A DNA stretch of 64,000 nucleotides from the NCBI GenBank assembly GCA_030704615.1, contig CM060733.1, positions 1,116,001 through 1,180,000 on the forward strand, read 5' to 3'. A program made the position numbers and the translations under genes. Position 1 is the first letter of the stretch; each line of letters opens with the position of its first letter. A model generated the notes under the pieces. That model was not told where the DNA came from. It did no database searches and was given only the letters and a program-made list of their open reading frames with translations. Shown one piece after another: positions 47,104-60,221 of this stretch. This stretch comes from Takakia lepidozioides (taxonomy: Eukaryota; Plantae; Bryophyta).

Positions 47104-50100
47104 CTCTTGTCAATCACTCCATGATGAATCCTCATGCGGCCTGCTTTCATATCCTCCACATACTGAGCAAGAGAAATGCTGGTTAAATCAACTTTTACAG
47201 TATAAAATTTAGGTCCTGAAACATATTGAAATGCACATCTTCTAAACGATTGACAGCAATTCCAGCACTAATATATTTTAGTACCGCAAAACTAAGCTTG
47301 ATCACTAGAGAGATTTTAACCTTCAAACCCTCATGTTCATCCCTGCTACAAGACCGACTTTAGTGTTCTGCTTGACATGTTCCAAAAGTGAGCAGAGGAG
47401 ACCTTGCAACACGGCACCCTCTAGATTCCGAGCTGAGCTTCTAGTGATGCTCATAGGACTCACCATCTTGAGGGCAACACTGATGGAGGAGAACGCAATC
47501 AGGTCAAAGGGGATCTCATCCAGTGCAAAGAGTGCACATTCCAGAGACTCTGGACCAGGAGAGAATTTGGGCTGCTTCAGCCGAGCCCTAAAGATTATGT
47601 AGCTCTGCACTGCACATGGTCGATATCAGTCAGTTACTACAATGTAGCTTCTCCCCCAGTAAGGGTGAGTGGGTAGAACAGACCGTATGCTAGAGCTTCA
47701 AAGGGCATAACCACAAATGCATGCTCAGTCTTGTTACAAGTCGCTAAATCTAGCCTGACTCCTATCACAAAGGTTGACTGACAAACCTCCCTGTTAAGAC
47801 GTCTTGCAAGGCTGGATCTGCTGAAAAGAACCACAGGTAAAGGCAATTTGTGAGTAACCTCACAAATACATTTTACATCCCTACGAGCTCCTCACCTGGC
47901 CAATGACGGGGATGTCAAGGTGTGCAAACTGGGATACCACTTCCACCTCTGCCTGAGCTTCCTCCCAAGTTTCTCTGGCTGCTCCTTCTGCAGCAGACTC
48001 CCCAAGCTCCATGTAACCTGCTGGCAACGTCCTGCAGTCCATGAGGATGTCAACCTGGGTCCAAGGATCTCATCACAAAGAAGTCAAAGCGTAACTGTTA
48101 CATGAAATCCCTTGCTGTTGCGGCATCCACAAAACTCTAATACGATCTTAACATATGTTTTCTGACATAAATTTAGGAGTGACTCAACCAATCAGCAATT
48201 GTCGAAGAGCATCGAAGTTATACAAGAATTTGTTCTTGTTCTATGGTCTCATACCATAGCCCATGCGACGGTTGAATACTTCTTCTGCAAAGCAGCACCT
48301 TGCCTTCATGCTCCACTAAGCAACCCACCACCTGCTATGCCCCAGTGCATACTTAGACATTATTCACAGTGGAATATGTCGCAGCTGATCTTTTCGATAT
48401 CAATTGCATGACTGATCCAAAGCTATGCATCCATCCATTCATGTATTCAATTACATACGGACACATGTGCATAGCCTCATTCATCCATCTAGTCTTTTAC
48501 TTGAGAAACTGCAAAGAAGAAAGAGAACCACTCTAGAATGTCGTCAGCAGATACTGCATGTTTTGCACAACAGTAAACAAGACTGTTGGTGTTCCTTATG
48601 AACACATAAATGTTTGCAACATCTCAGAAGGAACTATGCTTCTTGATAGTAATCTGCAGATGAGAGTTCACTTCACATTGCGAGCAAATAAGGGCTGAGA
48701 CTAGATGAACATCACAATCGTTCACGTGATCATATACACGCATCATGCACATGTACCACATCATACCATTTTGGGGTTCTGATAGTGGATGCAGCCGCAC
48801 ATGGTGCACACAGCCCGAAGCTCATGCTCACCATCTGGGATGCGCTGCTCAATGGCACCCCCACATGCTGGGCAGAAGCTCAACTTTGGTCCTGATATCT
48901 GCAAAGCACCATTCCCATCTGATTGCTCTAGGGGCTCCATTCTTTCATAAAGTTGAGATTAGCCAAATGATATGATGGCCAGTATTATCAAAGAAGACTT
49001 GTAGTAATGGCAACCTGACTGGCCACAGCGCAGGAAATGACATGAACTCAGAGAGGTTTGTTCTAGAGACCTATGGAACTCTAGACACATGTAAGGTTGC
49101 ATTAACCCAAGACAAGCCACACGGCAGACTGCCAAATTGTTTGACATGCCTCCTTTCTGTCATAGGACAAGGTGATTTCAGGCAATATTACTCCACTCTG
49201 TTGCAAGAGCTTGTATTGCTTTACCCGTAGGTCGTGGGAATCACATGCACTCATCTCACCAAATCATCTTTTGTGCAGGATTCTGATGCGGCCACGATTT
49301 TGATTTGGCCTCTACAGTACTGTCTATACTACCGACACCCTTTACTTGCATCCCAATTTCTCTGCCTCATCTCAAACCAGTGCTGGCTCCAACATTGTGA
49401 TTTCAAGGGCAAAGTCAATAGCAGCCCTCTAAATAACAAGCGTCCTCTAACGGAAGTCTTAATTTTAAGCCGAATTTCATTCTCTCGTGGATTAAAATCC
49501 ATTGACAAGCTCTGGGAAGATTCGTATCGCGAGAAACTATGCCCTTAGGAGATACATCATGGCCAATGTCCACAAACTACTTCCAAAAAGAATCCAGAAC
49601 ACAAAGCGCCGCTTGCACTGACCTTCCATGAGAAGAGTTGCAGTTCCCAAACCATGACCAATTCCGTCAATTCGCGTCTTAATTTCAACTATCGCACATG
49701 ATGAAAAAGAGCCAGAACGAGAATGTCACTTACCTTCAACCTCGGCACTGTTTGCACGGCGGTCGGGGGCAGTTCCGGGCCTGCCCTGGAGATACAACGC
49801 TCCGTACGCTGCTCCATAAATCTGCCAACCCCAAAGAATCTTCTTCCCAATCTCCCAGGCCCCCTTACCACCTCTCTCCACACTGGCGGACCTCCTGAGA
49901 ACGAGGTACAAGGTAGGTAGGAGCTCCGGCTATGGCTGCCTGCTATAGTCGGCTTGTGAACACCACGGAATCTTCCAGATGATGAGGAATTAGCAACTGG
50001 AGACGACCCAACTGGAAACTGAGGAGCAGAATGGAATACAGATGTGATGGGGGCAGCTGGATCCGAGAGAGAAGGGTGGGCAGCAAGGCGAGTGAAACAC

Positions 50101-50144
50101 AGAGAGGGTCTGGCTAGGCATCCTCTGGCTATACTACCTCCCAT
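47104..50144 (-). CDS. NUDT23: Nudix hydrolase 23-like (plastid FAD/ADP-ribose pyrophosphatase); last exon not resolved
   Basis: Exons 50144-49734 (Ser/Arg-rich transit-peptide-like), 48898-48767 (FCPACGG...[14 protein letters not shown] zinc ribbon), 48331-48255 ([26 protein letters not shown]), 48031-47896 (Nudix box [22 protein letters not shown]), 47604-47464 ([21 protein letters not shown]) and 47162-47104 ([20 protein letters not shown]). A terminal exon, possibly near 47032-46975, is uncertain. Confidence 0.88.
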
Positions 50145-51986
50145 GGCTTCCCCGACGCTATCAAGACTCCATTCTTCTGAAAGCCATATGTCTTACGACA
50201 TATCCTTCACCGCTTCAGCCCATCAACCCCACATTTCGACAACAGACAACAATCTCCTGCATTCCATTCCATGACAAGCAGGGCCGAGGGAGGAGACCAG
50301 AACGAGCTTACGCCTGCGGTGTGAACACTTCCATTCGACCTCGTAACGTTATCTTTGGATGACACACCAAACGGACGGATGAATGCATGAGCCCACTGCT
50401 CGTCTCCCATATAAATCTTTCTCGCAGTCTTTTCATCTCTCTTCAACCTCTCGAGTCCTGAGTCCTGATTGAGAGATCCTCAAGCCCTGCTTCCCCAGAG
50501 CCGAGGACAAATGCTCTTGCATGAAAAGAGATTCTTCTCTCTTGGCAGCAGTCAATCAATATTCAATCTTAGTTCTCTGCAACCTTCACATGGGTTTATG
50601 TGTGCTGCAGGTTTTCGGAACTAGATAAGCTTATGAAAACCATGTGGCAAAGCTGGAACTCTCCATAGTTCCTTCAGTAATTGGTTCGCACTTACCGGTC
50701 GACGTGGGCGTCACTTTCATGTGGGTTTCCACGTCGGTGTTGAAGGTGTAGCAGGAAGGAAGAATGACATACGTAGCTCATGGTGAGAGGAGTACGCAAA
50801 TTATTTTCCCAGCTGTAGATTTTCATGGTTTGAAGTACTGCAAGGCAGCTAGAAGGTTGACATTTTTCCAGGTGTAGTTCAAGTGTTTTGTAACATTCCG
50901 AATATCAGGAACGTGAGAAAGTGCTTGAGATTTCACAAGAAGAACCAACTGGTAGTTGACTGGTAGTGTAGGAGGATCAATTCAGCGACTTGATGTCAAA
51001 TGTGCCTAAAGTGGTGATGCACCTGAGATGCGAAGTTGCGGGGCCAGAAATGCACAGGGAGATAGAAAGGGGGGAGAGACTGCCAATCTGGTTGGCCCCA
51101 AGCCCACATTTTCACAATTATTCACAATATCAAAAGCAGCTAACTGTAACCATCACCTCGATGAATACTGTAAACGAGTCTCACACAGGAGTTGCTGGTC
51201 ATATGCAATAGAACAAACTATATGTCAAATATGTAACTAACATTCACTGGAGGTAGAAGTAGTCTTGTAAGTTCAAGTTGCCAGTGGTCTGCCTCCATAT
51301 ATATCCGTGTTATGCAACTGGTTGGAAAACCAAGTTCCTCGCTCTAGTTCTTGAAGAGACATGAGCACTACAAAACTGTGCTAGCACGTGGGTTGGCTAG
51401 CACCGACTGGTAATCTCACAGGGTGAGGCCCACACCATCGCATAGACAATGTACAATGTCCTATGCTCCGTTCATCTGTAGAACACCGTCACAAAATTTG
51501 CACGCATCTGTTTTCAACGTACAAGCTAAGCATGTAAGCTCTGCACTGGCTTACATGGACAGCCAACTTCTGCTTCCTTTCCCCAGAAGAGGGTTCCTGT
51601 GCAAAACACATTCCTTTGAGTGCATCCATTCGTTAACTTCCAACAATCATCGAAGTTCATCAAGAGAAGTACTGTAAGAAGAATACATGAGGAAAAGGCA
51701 GGATGCATATTGCTTAGGAAGTGCGGGGAAGTATATGTGCGCAATTGTCAAGCCGCGTACCTGCTGGGCGCATCAGGAGGTCATGAACGGTCTAGGCATC
51801 CGCCGCTGAGTAAACAGCACACGAATGGTTAATGGAATCTCGAGCATATGCCTTGCATTAACAACAAACTTCAAAGGTGAGAGGAAACTGCAACCAAATG
51901 GAATGAGTTGAAAGCATCGACAAACAACTAATCCACGGAACAACATGATGCAAAACAGAAATCTATCAGAACAAAATCTTCGCTTA

Positions 51987-52294
51987 CTTCTTCCGGACTT
52001 GCCACCCGATTTCCCCGCATTCTCAGAACCACCACTCTTCGCAGCGTCCTGTGCAGCCTGGCGATCCGCTTCTTTGAAAGCCTATGTAATTGCTTTCCCC
52101 TCTTCAACATCATCCATGTTATACATCTTCAGACCATAAGAGTGCATGAAGCTCTGATGTCCTCCAAATCCCTTGTGGATGGAATAGTCAGACGGTCCTG
52201 AGGCAATGCTGCCGGAACTCTTGGTCCCCGACTGGGATGAACCTTTAGATTGTTGCAGAGAGCCTGTTTTCTCGTTTCCTGGCTTGGACGCCAT
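51987..52294 (-). pseudogene. Small protein resembling fungal hypothetical proteins (FMxSYGLK...DDVEEGKAI motif), interrupted by an in-frame TAG
   Basis: ORF 52294-52082 ends EEGKAIT-TAG, but the same frame continues AFKEADRQAAQDAAKSGGSENAGKSGGKSGR up to a likely donor (AA/GTAAGC near 51987). Confidence 0.5.
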
Positions 52295-52730
52295 GGGTCC
52301 GAATCGTCAAGCAAGAACCTCCCAGCACCTAAGGTAGTATCGTAGTATCCGACCCTCCAACCCTCGATGTCTTAAACAACGCTAATGCCCAGAAAGAGAA
52401 CCCAATTGCAGAAGAAGAAGAAGAGGCGAGGGCATGAAGAGCATGAACTACCTTTGGCAACGTAACGTAATCCTTGTCCTATGTCAACAGTAATATGATA
52501 AGACAGAGTGGAGGTGATGCGGTTTTTGAGGTCCTGTGATCTGACAAGGCAATGAGGGCAAAGCATGTGGTCATCAAGATTAGCCACTCTCACTTAATGA
52601 AGGAGAGATCAAGTGTGATTTTGGTGTGCAAATCAGCGTACCTGGATGTTCATGAGTGTTTGGAATCTGGATGAAACTGCTATGATGCTCTGCAGGAAGT
52701 TCTGATTGGTTTTAGCACTGCATGCACTAG

Positions 52731-52787
52731 GTCCCATAAGCTCTATGAGCTTTCCGCGGACGTTATAAAGCACCATTTCGTTTCATT
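52731..52787 (+). mobile_element. Minimal family-A LINE 3' end (stem-loop + tail)
   Basis: gtcccataagctctatgagctttccgcggacgttataaagcaccatttcgtttcatt. Confidence 0.8.
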
Positions 52788-54628
52788 ACCCCATCATCTG
52801 CTTAGCACGTTCTGAGAGCTATTTCCCCTCTGAGAAGCCGAACCCACGGAGGATTGGAGAATATCCTGGGGACGGAAGCTTAGCTTCACAAGTTACTTAG
52901 GGGATCGGCATCCATCCATGACTCATCCTACGAAACCAGGGTCTAGTACAAACATACTGTAGAGATACCAAGAGGAAGCACGATTTGAACTTGGTGATTT
53001 CTATGGGCACGCATACGCGGCAGGAAAGAGAAAGAGAAATCGACTTTAGAGGAGAGCAAATGTGGACCCCTGGAGTGGAGGCTGATTCTTTGGGCACCCA
53101 ACAGCAATGGCGACAGAGATTTAGTACGTGATTTTTCCCTGCATGGTATACATAAGAGAAAACGAAGATGATGGCATGCATGGCTGCAAAATGAGAAGCT
53201 CTCCTTTTAAAACAGAGTTGTTCATATGAGGGCATACGAATTGCACGTAGAATTACAACTAAGAGAGATGAAGGGCGGGGGGTTACAAAGAGAAGCGGTT
53301 ATGTACATTTGCCGTTCTGCCATGAGGGATGGGTTTGATGTTGGCAGTGCACATGGCGAGTGCCCTTATAGAAGCTGAGAAGCTTCAGGAGACGAAGAAG
53401 AAAAGCAGGCACAAAAGCTCAGCACCTCACACAGAGGAACGTCCAACGAACTCATCAGAGGTTCATTTCTCTCTAGGATAGGGGGGCTCTTTATCCACCA
53501 TCACATTGTCCAATTTGTTTCTAAGGATTTCATCAAACAGTACACTGTCAGCAATTCAACTTTGCCTACTATCAACAGCTCAAAGTGAGCTGGAATTGAC
53601 AGACATGTACAACAAACCCCAAGGGCCGCATGCTCAATCTTCTCCTGGAGAATCAAGCCAGTGCAGATTTGTTTAGCCTTAGAGACCGATCTCACTCCAC
53701 CCTTTCTTGGTCTCATCCGCATGCAGACAATCCCATTAGAAATTGATACAAATCCAGGAGGTCTAATATCTCTCTCTTTCTTTCCCTACACATTCAACAG
53801 AGTAAATCACCACAGGCATTTAATTCATATGATCCCTGTTGACTCCAACCTTTCAACCTGCAGATGAACTTTAGGGAGGGGAAAATTGCTCTACCTTTAG
53901 ATACAACACGCAACAAAATTGCCCCAACACCAGTGGCATGTCAGCGAAATCCCTACCAATATGAGCTTTTGCGGAAGCAAGTGCACCGCAAGCATGTTGA
54001 CAAAGAAGCTAATGCGTATGCAGGGAAATTCATACGAAAAATCAACACAATGTCCAATGCTATCCAGAGACACGAGTTCCAACTCAAACGGTAACCTTGC
54101 AATTACCTGAGTGAGCCTCATTCATCATACATGGGCTAGTACCTGATGAGTAGTAGAAAAACTGAGTATAAAAGAGGCAGGAAGTATGGAGGTGTTTGAA
54201 AATGGAGATAAGAAAGTGCATAAATGACATGAAAGATGTAAGCATAAAAGAATCTTTCATGTTGTGAGCTCTAAGTCTAACGTGGGCACTTCATCACTTG
54301 TGTATCAGGGCGCATGACATGTCCAAAGCACAATCCTTGGTGGCTCAAAGGAGAAAAGGGAATGAATCTCAAGCAGCTTAAGGTCCTCCATAAACCAAGC
54401 TTTCGTTGCAGCAGCGTTCGGACAGCAATAAGAATGAAGTAAATTTTTGCTACTTCGGAAAAGTAGGAGAATATTTGGGGACTGGAAAGGGAAAAAAAAG
54501 AGTGGATCTATCTAAATTATGAATAATTTCTTGTCGCTGAATTTTTTGTCTACATACTGTGCAGCAAGGACCTATTGATAAGGTCCTCAAATTCCATAAT
54601 ATCATCTATCAGGCGCTGTGCACTAACA

Positions 54629-57346
54629 TCAATCATCATTCACCAGAAAAACTTTTCCTCCCCGCCCCATCTCCTGCAATGGCATGACAACACAGTTAGT
54701 CCCATCCAGGGTTGTCCGGATTTTGTGGGTGAAATGCAGGATGAACTACTGTGTCTTCTCAAGCGCAATGCATACCAGGCTTTTCCGAATGGCCTCGCCG
54801 AAACGCTGCAAGGGAAACTTCTCGCCTGAGAGAGGCTCCATGACCTTGGATGCCAGCAGCTGCATGACAGTAGCACCAAACTCCACCATCCTACTTGGTG
54901 GCAACTTTCCTGTCCAAGCAGTCAACCAGAATCCTCGAAGTGTTATGTCACGGAAGAGCAAATCTGCAATGGCAACTTGTCCAACCTCTCCGTCGAGAGC
55001 ACCGTACACCAAAACTTCTCCGCTCTGCCTTACTGCGGCGACCAGTGTCTGCAATCCCACCATACCAACCACTCCCAAGTAAAGTCATTTATGTTGACCA
55101 CCGCAACATGCATAACTCAGCCCAGATCCCAGGTGATTACCTCTCTCCCTCTTCCTCCCAATAGTCATAATTAACAGAGGGTTCTGAGCAGATGTCACTG
55201 CACACCGACACTAATGTTTGATGCTAATCTTGATTGCTTGGGATCTTTTGCTCTTTAAGTGGACTTTTTAGCTACCATCATCAATCAGTATGGAGGATCT
55301 TGACCCAATAAGGAAAAGCCTGTCTCAGTTTCTGTAAAAGGACATAAGTACTGTCCATGAGATGACAAGCAACATTGACACTGTCGAGCTGGCTTGATTC
55401 CTCATTGCCTATACTGACCATTCACAAATACAGCCCATCTCCGTAAACAAAAAGACAAAAGCGAGAGCACACACAACATCTCTTACAGTCGAGAGGCCTC
55501 CAAATATAACCCTATTAATACAGAAAGTGTTGGAGGGCTGAAAAACGGTACTGTTCACTGAGGAAGGGAATAACCTTGGTGACAACACCACCCACAGCAT
55601 CAATGGCTGCATAGGCCAAATCACCTCCAGTAATTTGTTTTACACGCTCCTCAACATTTTCCTTACAGTAGTTGATCACCTCATCTGCTCCAATGGCTTT
55701 GAGCTCCTCTATCTGCTCACTGCGGCGCACCAAATTTATTGTCTGCAATCAAACCCCCCCTTCCTCTTATCTCACTTTGCACTTCCTGTAGTAAATATAG
55801 CTGGTCAACCAAATTTGAAAACTTACTACAAAAACTCTGAGTGCTCTGCAAGGTGAACCTGTTTACTGGATTCGTGTTGTTTGCACTGGATGAGAACATT
55901 CAGGGGGAGGAATAGAAACCTCCGATGGCCGCTTGAGGGATTGAATGTAGAAGTTACTGTCAGCAGGCCAGCACTTCTAGCCAGAACCAGACAGGATGTG
56001 GCAGACTTGCCTTGATTCCTTGGTGGCGTGCTAGTTGAATAATCATGCGTCCAAGAACAGATCCTGCAGCTGACTGCAACAGGTACTTGCCCTTTGGCAC
56101 CTTCACCTCTTCCAGCATTGCGCAAGCTGCCTCCAATCCCGACATTGACAAGTTGAGTACTTCCACACCATAAATCTTACCCATAGGAAGAAATGCACCA
56201 CTTGAAATAATGCCTCCAGACTGGGAAAACTACTGTCTGCATATCTACCACATCTCTAACAATTGGACCAACATATAACCCCTGCAACTGCCACCAAGTG
56301 ACCTGGGGCTGATATTAACATAAGGGTTTGACTGCAAGCAATTTAAACACCCAAACCCAGTGGCAAAAATCAGGCAGAATGGTGTGAGGGATTTGTATCG
56401 ATTCCAGTATTTGTGAACTGCAATGCGTCTGAAAAATGTACAAAGGTTCCTTTTGTATTTAACGCATGCAGCAAGCACTAGAGCAAACAGAATTTTGAGT
56501 GGAGCTGCTCAGTAACCATCCTGCATGGCAAGTCAGCATTGGACACCATCTGCAGATTTCCAGCACGGGCAGCTTAAGTGCAATGGCGGCGAATTTTCCC
56601 CAGAGAGAACACATCCCTGCCTGGGATATACAGAGACAAACCTGTCCAGGGGTTGACTACGAATTGCGATGCAATCTCATTGGAGATGGAGTCCGGAATG
56701 GGGAAGGCGGCCTGGGCGGGCACCACAATGAATTCTTGCCAAGTTCCTTCCCCTGTCTTAGCGGAATCCGTCAGCGGGACCACACGCTGGCCCACCTGCA
56801 AGTGTGTCACTGTTTCCCCCACCTGCAACCCCACCGTCTTCTCGTTAAAGTGTACGTGAGGCTAGGTCTTTGTGTGGCTTATGTACTCATAAACTTTAGT
56901 GCAATCCAGCACAACCAGTAAACCCGCAAAAATCAATTAAGACTCAGGAGATCCAACTTCTGCCACTGGCTGTTTCAATGTGTCTTTTCCAAAAAATCAT
57001 ACCGAACAACATGCAGTCTTCGCTTGGAGAGGAAAAACAGTTGTCTAAAATGTCAAGAAGGATCGAAATTGAAGTATGTCCTAAACTACCAGGCCAAAGA
57101 GAACACCTCATGAACTTCGCCCATGCCTTCATGGCCAAGCGTGATGGGAAACGAATCTGCTCTCCAGCCTGGATACAATCCCTGCATGCTCAGGACATCA
57201 GAAGGGTTGATAGGCCTGCATAGCATGTGCACCACAACTTGGCCGGGCCCCGCCGATGGTGTTCTCCTCTCACGCAGAGCACAAGCCTTCATAGGATCCT
57301 CATTGAACGCTACCATCTGCACAGCTTTGTGCATCTTCCCCGCCAT
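54629..57346 (-). CDS. MDR-superfamily NADPH oxidoreductase (trans-2-enoyl reductase / quinone oxidoreductase-like)
   Basis: Exons 57346-57107 (RPINPSD, GHEGMGEV), 56822-56642 (VGQRVVP, GTWQE, VNPWT), 56126-56011 (QSAAGSVLGR; GC donor), 55742-55575 (GADEVI, DAVGG), 55048-54776 (VYGAL, RGFWL) and 54673-54629 (GRGGKVFL-stop). Confidence 0.9.
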
Positions 57347-58205
57347 AGCTCACCACCCAATTGATACCCGCAAGCTTGACAAGCCACAAGAGACCCTCAC
57401 AGCTTGTGGCAAGCGCACCAACACTCAAGGAGTTCGAAGACTACAATGCTTACATCCCAGTCATCTTTGTGACTGAAGACTTGTGAGGCAGTGCATGCAG
57501 CCTCATCCTTCGTGTCCCTGGCTGCCAACCTACAAGTCGCCAAGGCAAAAGCTGTCGGAGATAAATCATGCTTAGTGCTGAATATAGAAAAGGCAATGAT
57601 TTGCAGTGCCTTGTTACATACTTAGACTCAATTGGTCGGAACATAAGGCAAGGACTACGCTTATCCAACGAGTTTAAGGCAAGCGTGAGGTGGTGCAGTG
57701 GGGCCCGCTGGCCGGAGCTGCAAAGAGGCTCCGGCGAACTACCAGTCAAATCTTATGCCCCATTGGGAAGGTGGGGAGCCCTCCACACCTCCTCTTCCCT
57801 CCGCATGCTCCCCACCTTTAGGACCATGTTCCCAAACAATCTCCAATTTTGCTCCCTTGTTCCCGATCCCTGCTCCCCTGTCCCGCTCCTCGATCCCTGC
57901 TTCCCATTGGGACAAGGGAGTGAGGAGGGGAGCGGGAAGAAGGGAGTGAGCCGCGTTACACACGGCGAGTAGGGGAGCGAGGACCAGGAACAGGGGAGGG
58001 AGCCCCATTCCACACCGCGAGTTGGGGAGCGAGCCATATTCACAGGACAAGGATAGGAGCGAAGACCAAGAACATGAGAGTGAGCTGCGTTCCACATGAC
58101 GATAAATGAGCAAGGACTTGGAACAAGGGAACGAGGACAAGGGATAGGAATTGGGGAGCGGGAACAAAGAGCGGACAAATGAGCGGACATTAGGAACAAG
58201 TCGGG

Positions 58206-60221
58206 TGTCGCGGCCCTTTGCCTTGAGGGCAGGGAGGTCGGGACATGAGAGGGGCTGCCCCTGTGGTGGGGGCAGTGGCAACAATAGATGGGGGGCTGAA
58301 GCACCCTTGAGTGCCCAAGGCAAGGAGGCGGAGGCGCTCACTAGGTGGAGCCCCGCATACCGGGTTGTGGTGGGGGTGGTTCCACGAGGGGTGGTGGTAG
58401 CTTAGTGGGACTTAGTGGGGGTGGCATAGGACTCACCATGGGGGCAGAGACCTTATGGTGGGAGTCGTGGGGAGTCTTGGGACTCATCACGGTCCAATGG
58501 GACCGTGGTAGGTGGGAAGACTCACCGCGACTCATCACCGAGAGTCGAGGGTTTTCGTGGTGGTTCGCCATAAAATGGCATGGTTGTTTGTGAAACCCCC
58601 ACGGACAGTCACAGAAGTATATATAGGGAGTAGTAACCCCGAGAACGGTGCAAGCCCGTTGGTGACCAAAAATTAGTGAGTAAGCGTGCGAGCCGGAAAG
58701 CGACCAAGGTGTGGGGAGCTGTTCCGGACTGCCATCGACCAAAGGGAATTTCCACTTGGCCCAAATTGAGAGAGGGTCTCATGGAGGAGTAAAGGGGGAC
58801 CGTTATGTCCCGGTGAGCAGCCGAAGCTCCGAGTTGGCCCGTCGGCCAGTTTGGGAGTTAGGCGCGCGCATCAAAACGAGTAACTATGACTTGAAGGGGA
58901 GCTTACCGAAGTGAGGTGCGCGACACTTGGTATCAGAGCATAGAGTTTAGTACGCGATCGTCCTTGGGATCGGCCTCATCATGGGGTCGGGCAAGCCCAA
59001 GCGAAAGCAGAACGGCCCGAAAGATGATGATCATGGTGAGCCCGATGGGGGCGACGTATCACCGAAGTGGCAATTTGAGGAGACGATGCATGCTTTTGAG
59101 AACGAGGCCGCGCAAGAACGGGAGGAATCTGGGGAGTCGGAGCCCGAGGACTTTCTGAGGGCTCCGGCAGACCAACCGATGTCTCCCATGCCAGCAGCCT
59201 TTTGGGAAGGGTTGTTGGCGCAGTTTGGCGGGACGTTGAAAGACGTGATGATGGCGGCTAATGCCACTTCCACTAAGGCAAAGTTTAAGGTGAAGCCTAA
59301 GGAACCTGACACCTTCGAGGGCGTTCGAAATCGGAAGGCACTCAACACCTGGCTCTTGGAGCTAGAACAGTACTTCTGGGCGGCCAAGTTGAGTGACGAG
59401 GATCGGGTGGAAGTGGCTCCCACCTATTTGAGGGGCTATGCTCAACAATGGTGGCAGAAACGCCTTCACGACCGAGGTCCAAATCCGGAAACCTTGAGCT
59501 GGAGTGGGTTCAAGGAACTTATGAAGAGACAGTTTGTGCCCCTCAATGCGTCCTGGCTCGCCCGGGACAAGATGAGGAATTTGAAGCAAACGGATGACAT
59601 TCGGGGATATATTCAGGCTTTCAATGTGCTGTTGCTCGAAGTCGCAGACATGACAGAACCAGAAATGGTCTTCAACTTTGTGGCGGGACTGGCCCTATGG
59701 GCCAGACGGAAGTTGGAGGAGAAGCCACCTAAGACTTTGAACGAGGCAATTGAGAGGGCTGAATGTTTCTCGGATGTCCCTAGGGGTGAAATACAAGGCC
59801 GTACGGAGCTGAAACACAACAAGACCCGGCGGGAGGGTGACTCCGTCCGACCGGAAAAGAAGTGGGATAGGCCACGCGGCGACAATGGCACGTGGAAATC
59901 GAAGGGAGGGCCTTCACACGTCAAGGCGGCACCCGGTGCTCCGAAAGGAAAATCAGGTGCGGCGGCTTATGGCGGACAGAATGCGACCTTCGATGGAGTG
60001 TGCTTTAATTGCAGGGAGCCCGGGCACACGGCTAAAAAGTGCGCGAAGCCTCGTCAATTGAACATGACTCGGGTAACCACGGAGTTGTCCGAAGAGTCCA
60101 TCAGCCGCTTGGTGGAGGCGGTGGTCGCCAAGACTTGCAAGGTAGGCAACTACTCTTGTCAGTTGTATCAGAAAACTGGCGCCTTGCGTAAATGGAGTCA
60201 GTTATTGTTCGTGAGTGCACA
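58206..60221 (+). mobile_element. Ty3/gypsy LTR retrotransposon, 5' part (LTR, PBS, gag), truncated at the start of the protease
   Basis: LTR 58206-58925 (TGTCGCG...CGCGACA, TATA-like tatatatag near 58618). PBS tggtatcagagc at 58928-58939. Gag ORF follows. Confidence 0.88.
58981..60221 (+). CDS. Retrotransposon Gag (capsid + CCHC zinc knuckle)
   Basis: EPDTFEG, WLLELEQYF, YLRGYAQQWW, LKQTDDIRGY, FVAGL, CFNCREPGHTAKKC. The ORF runs into unrelated sequence after QLLFVSA. Confidence 0.88.

Noticed and set aside
50700-50737. Inverted ACGTGG (ABRE/G-box-like) pair upstream of NUDT23
   Set aside because: Hexamer motifs are too common to support a call without conservation or expression data.
53500-54120. 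Short ORFs between the small gene and the MDR gene
   Set aside because: No frame gives a recognisable protein or consistent splice structure.
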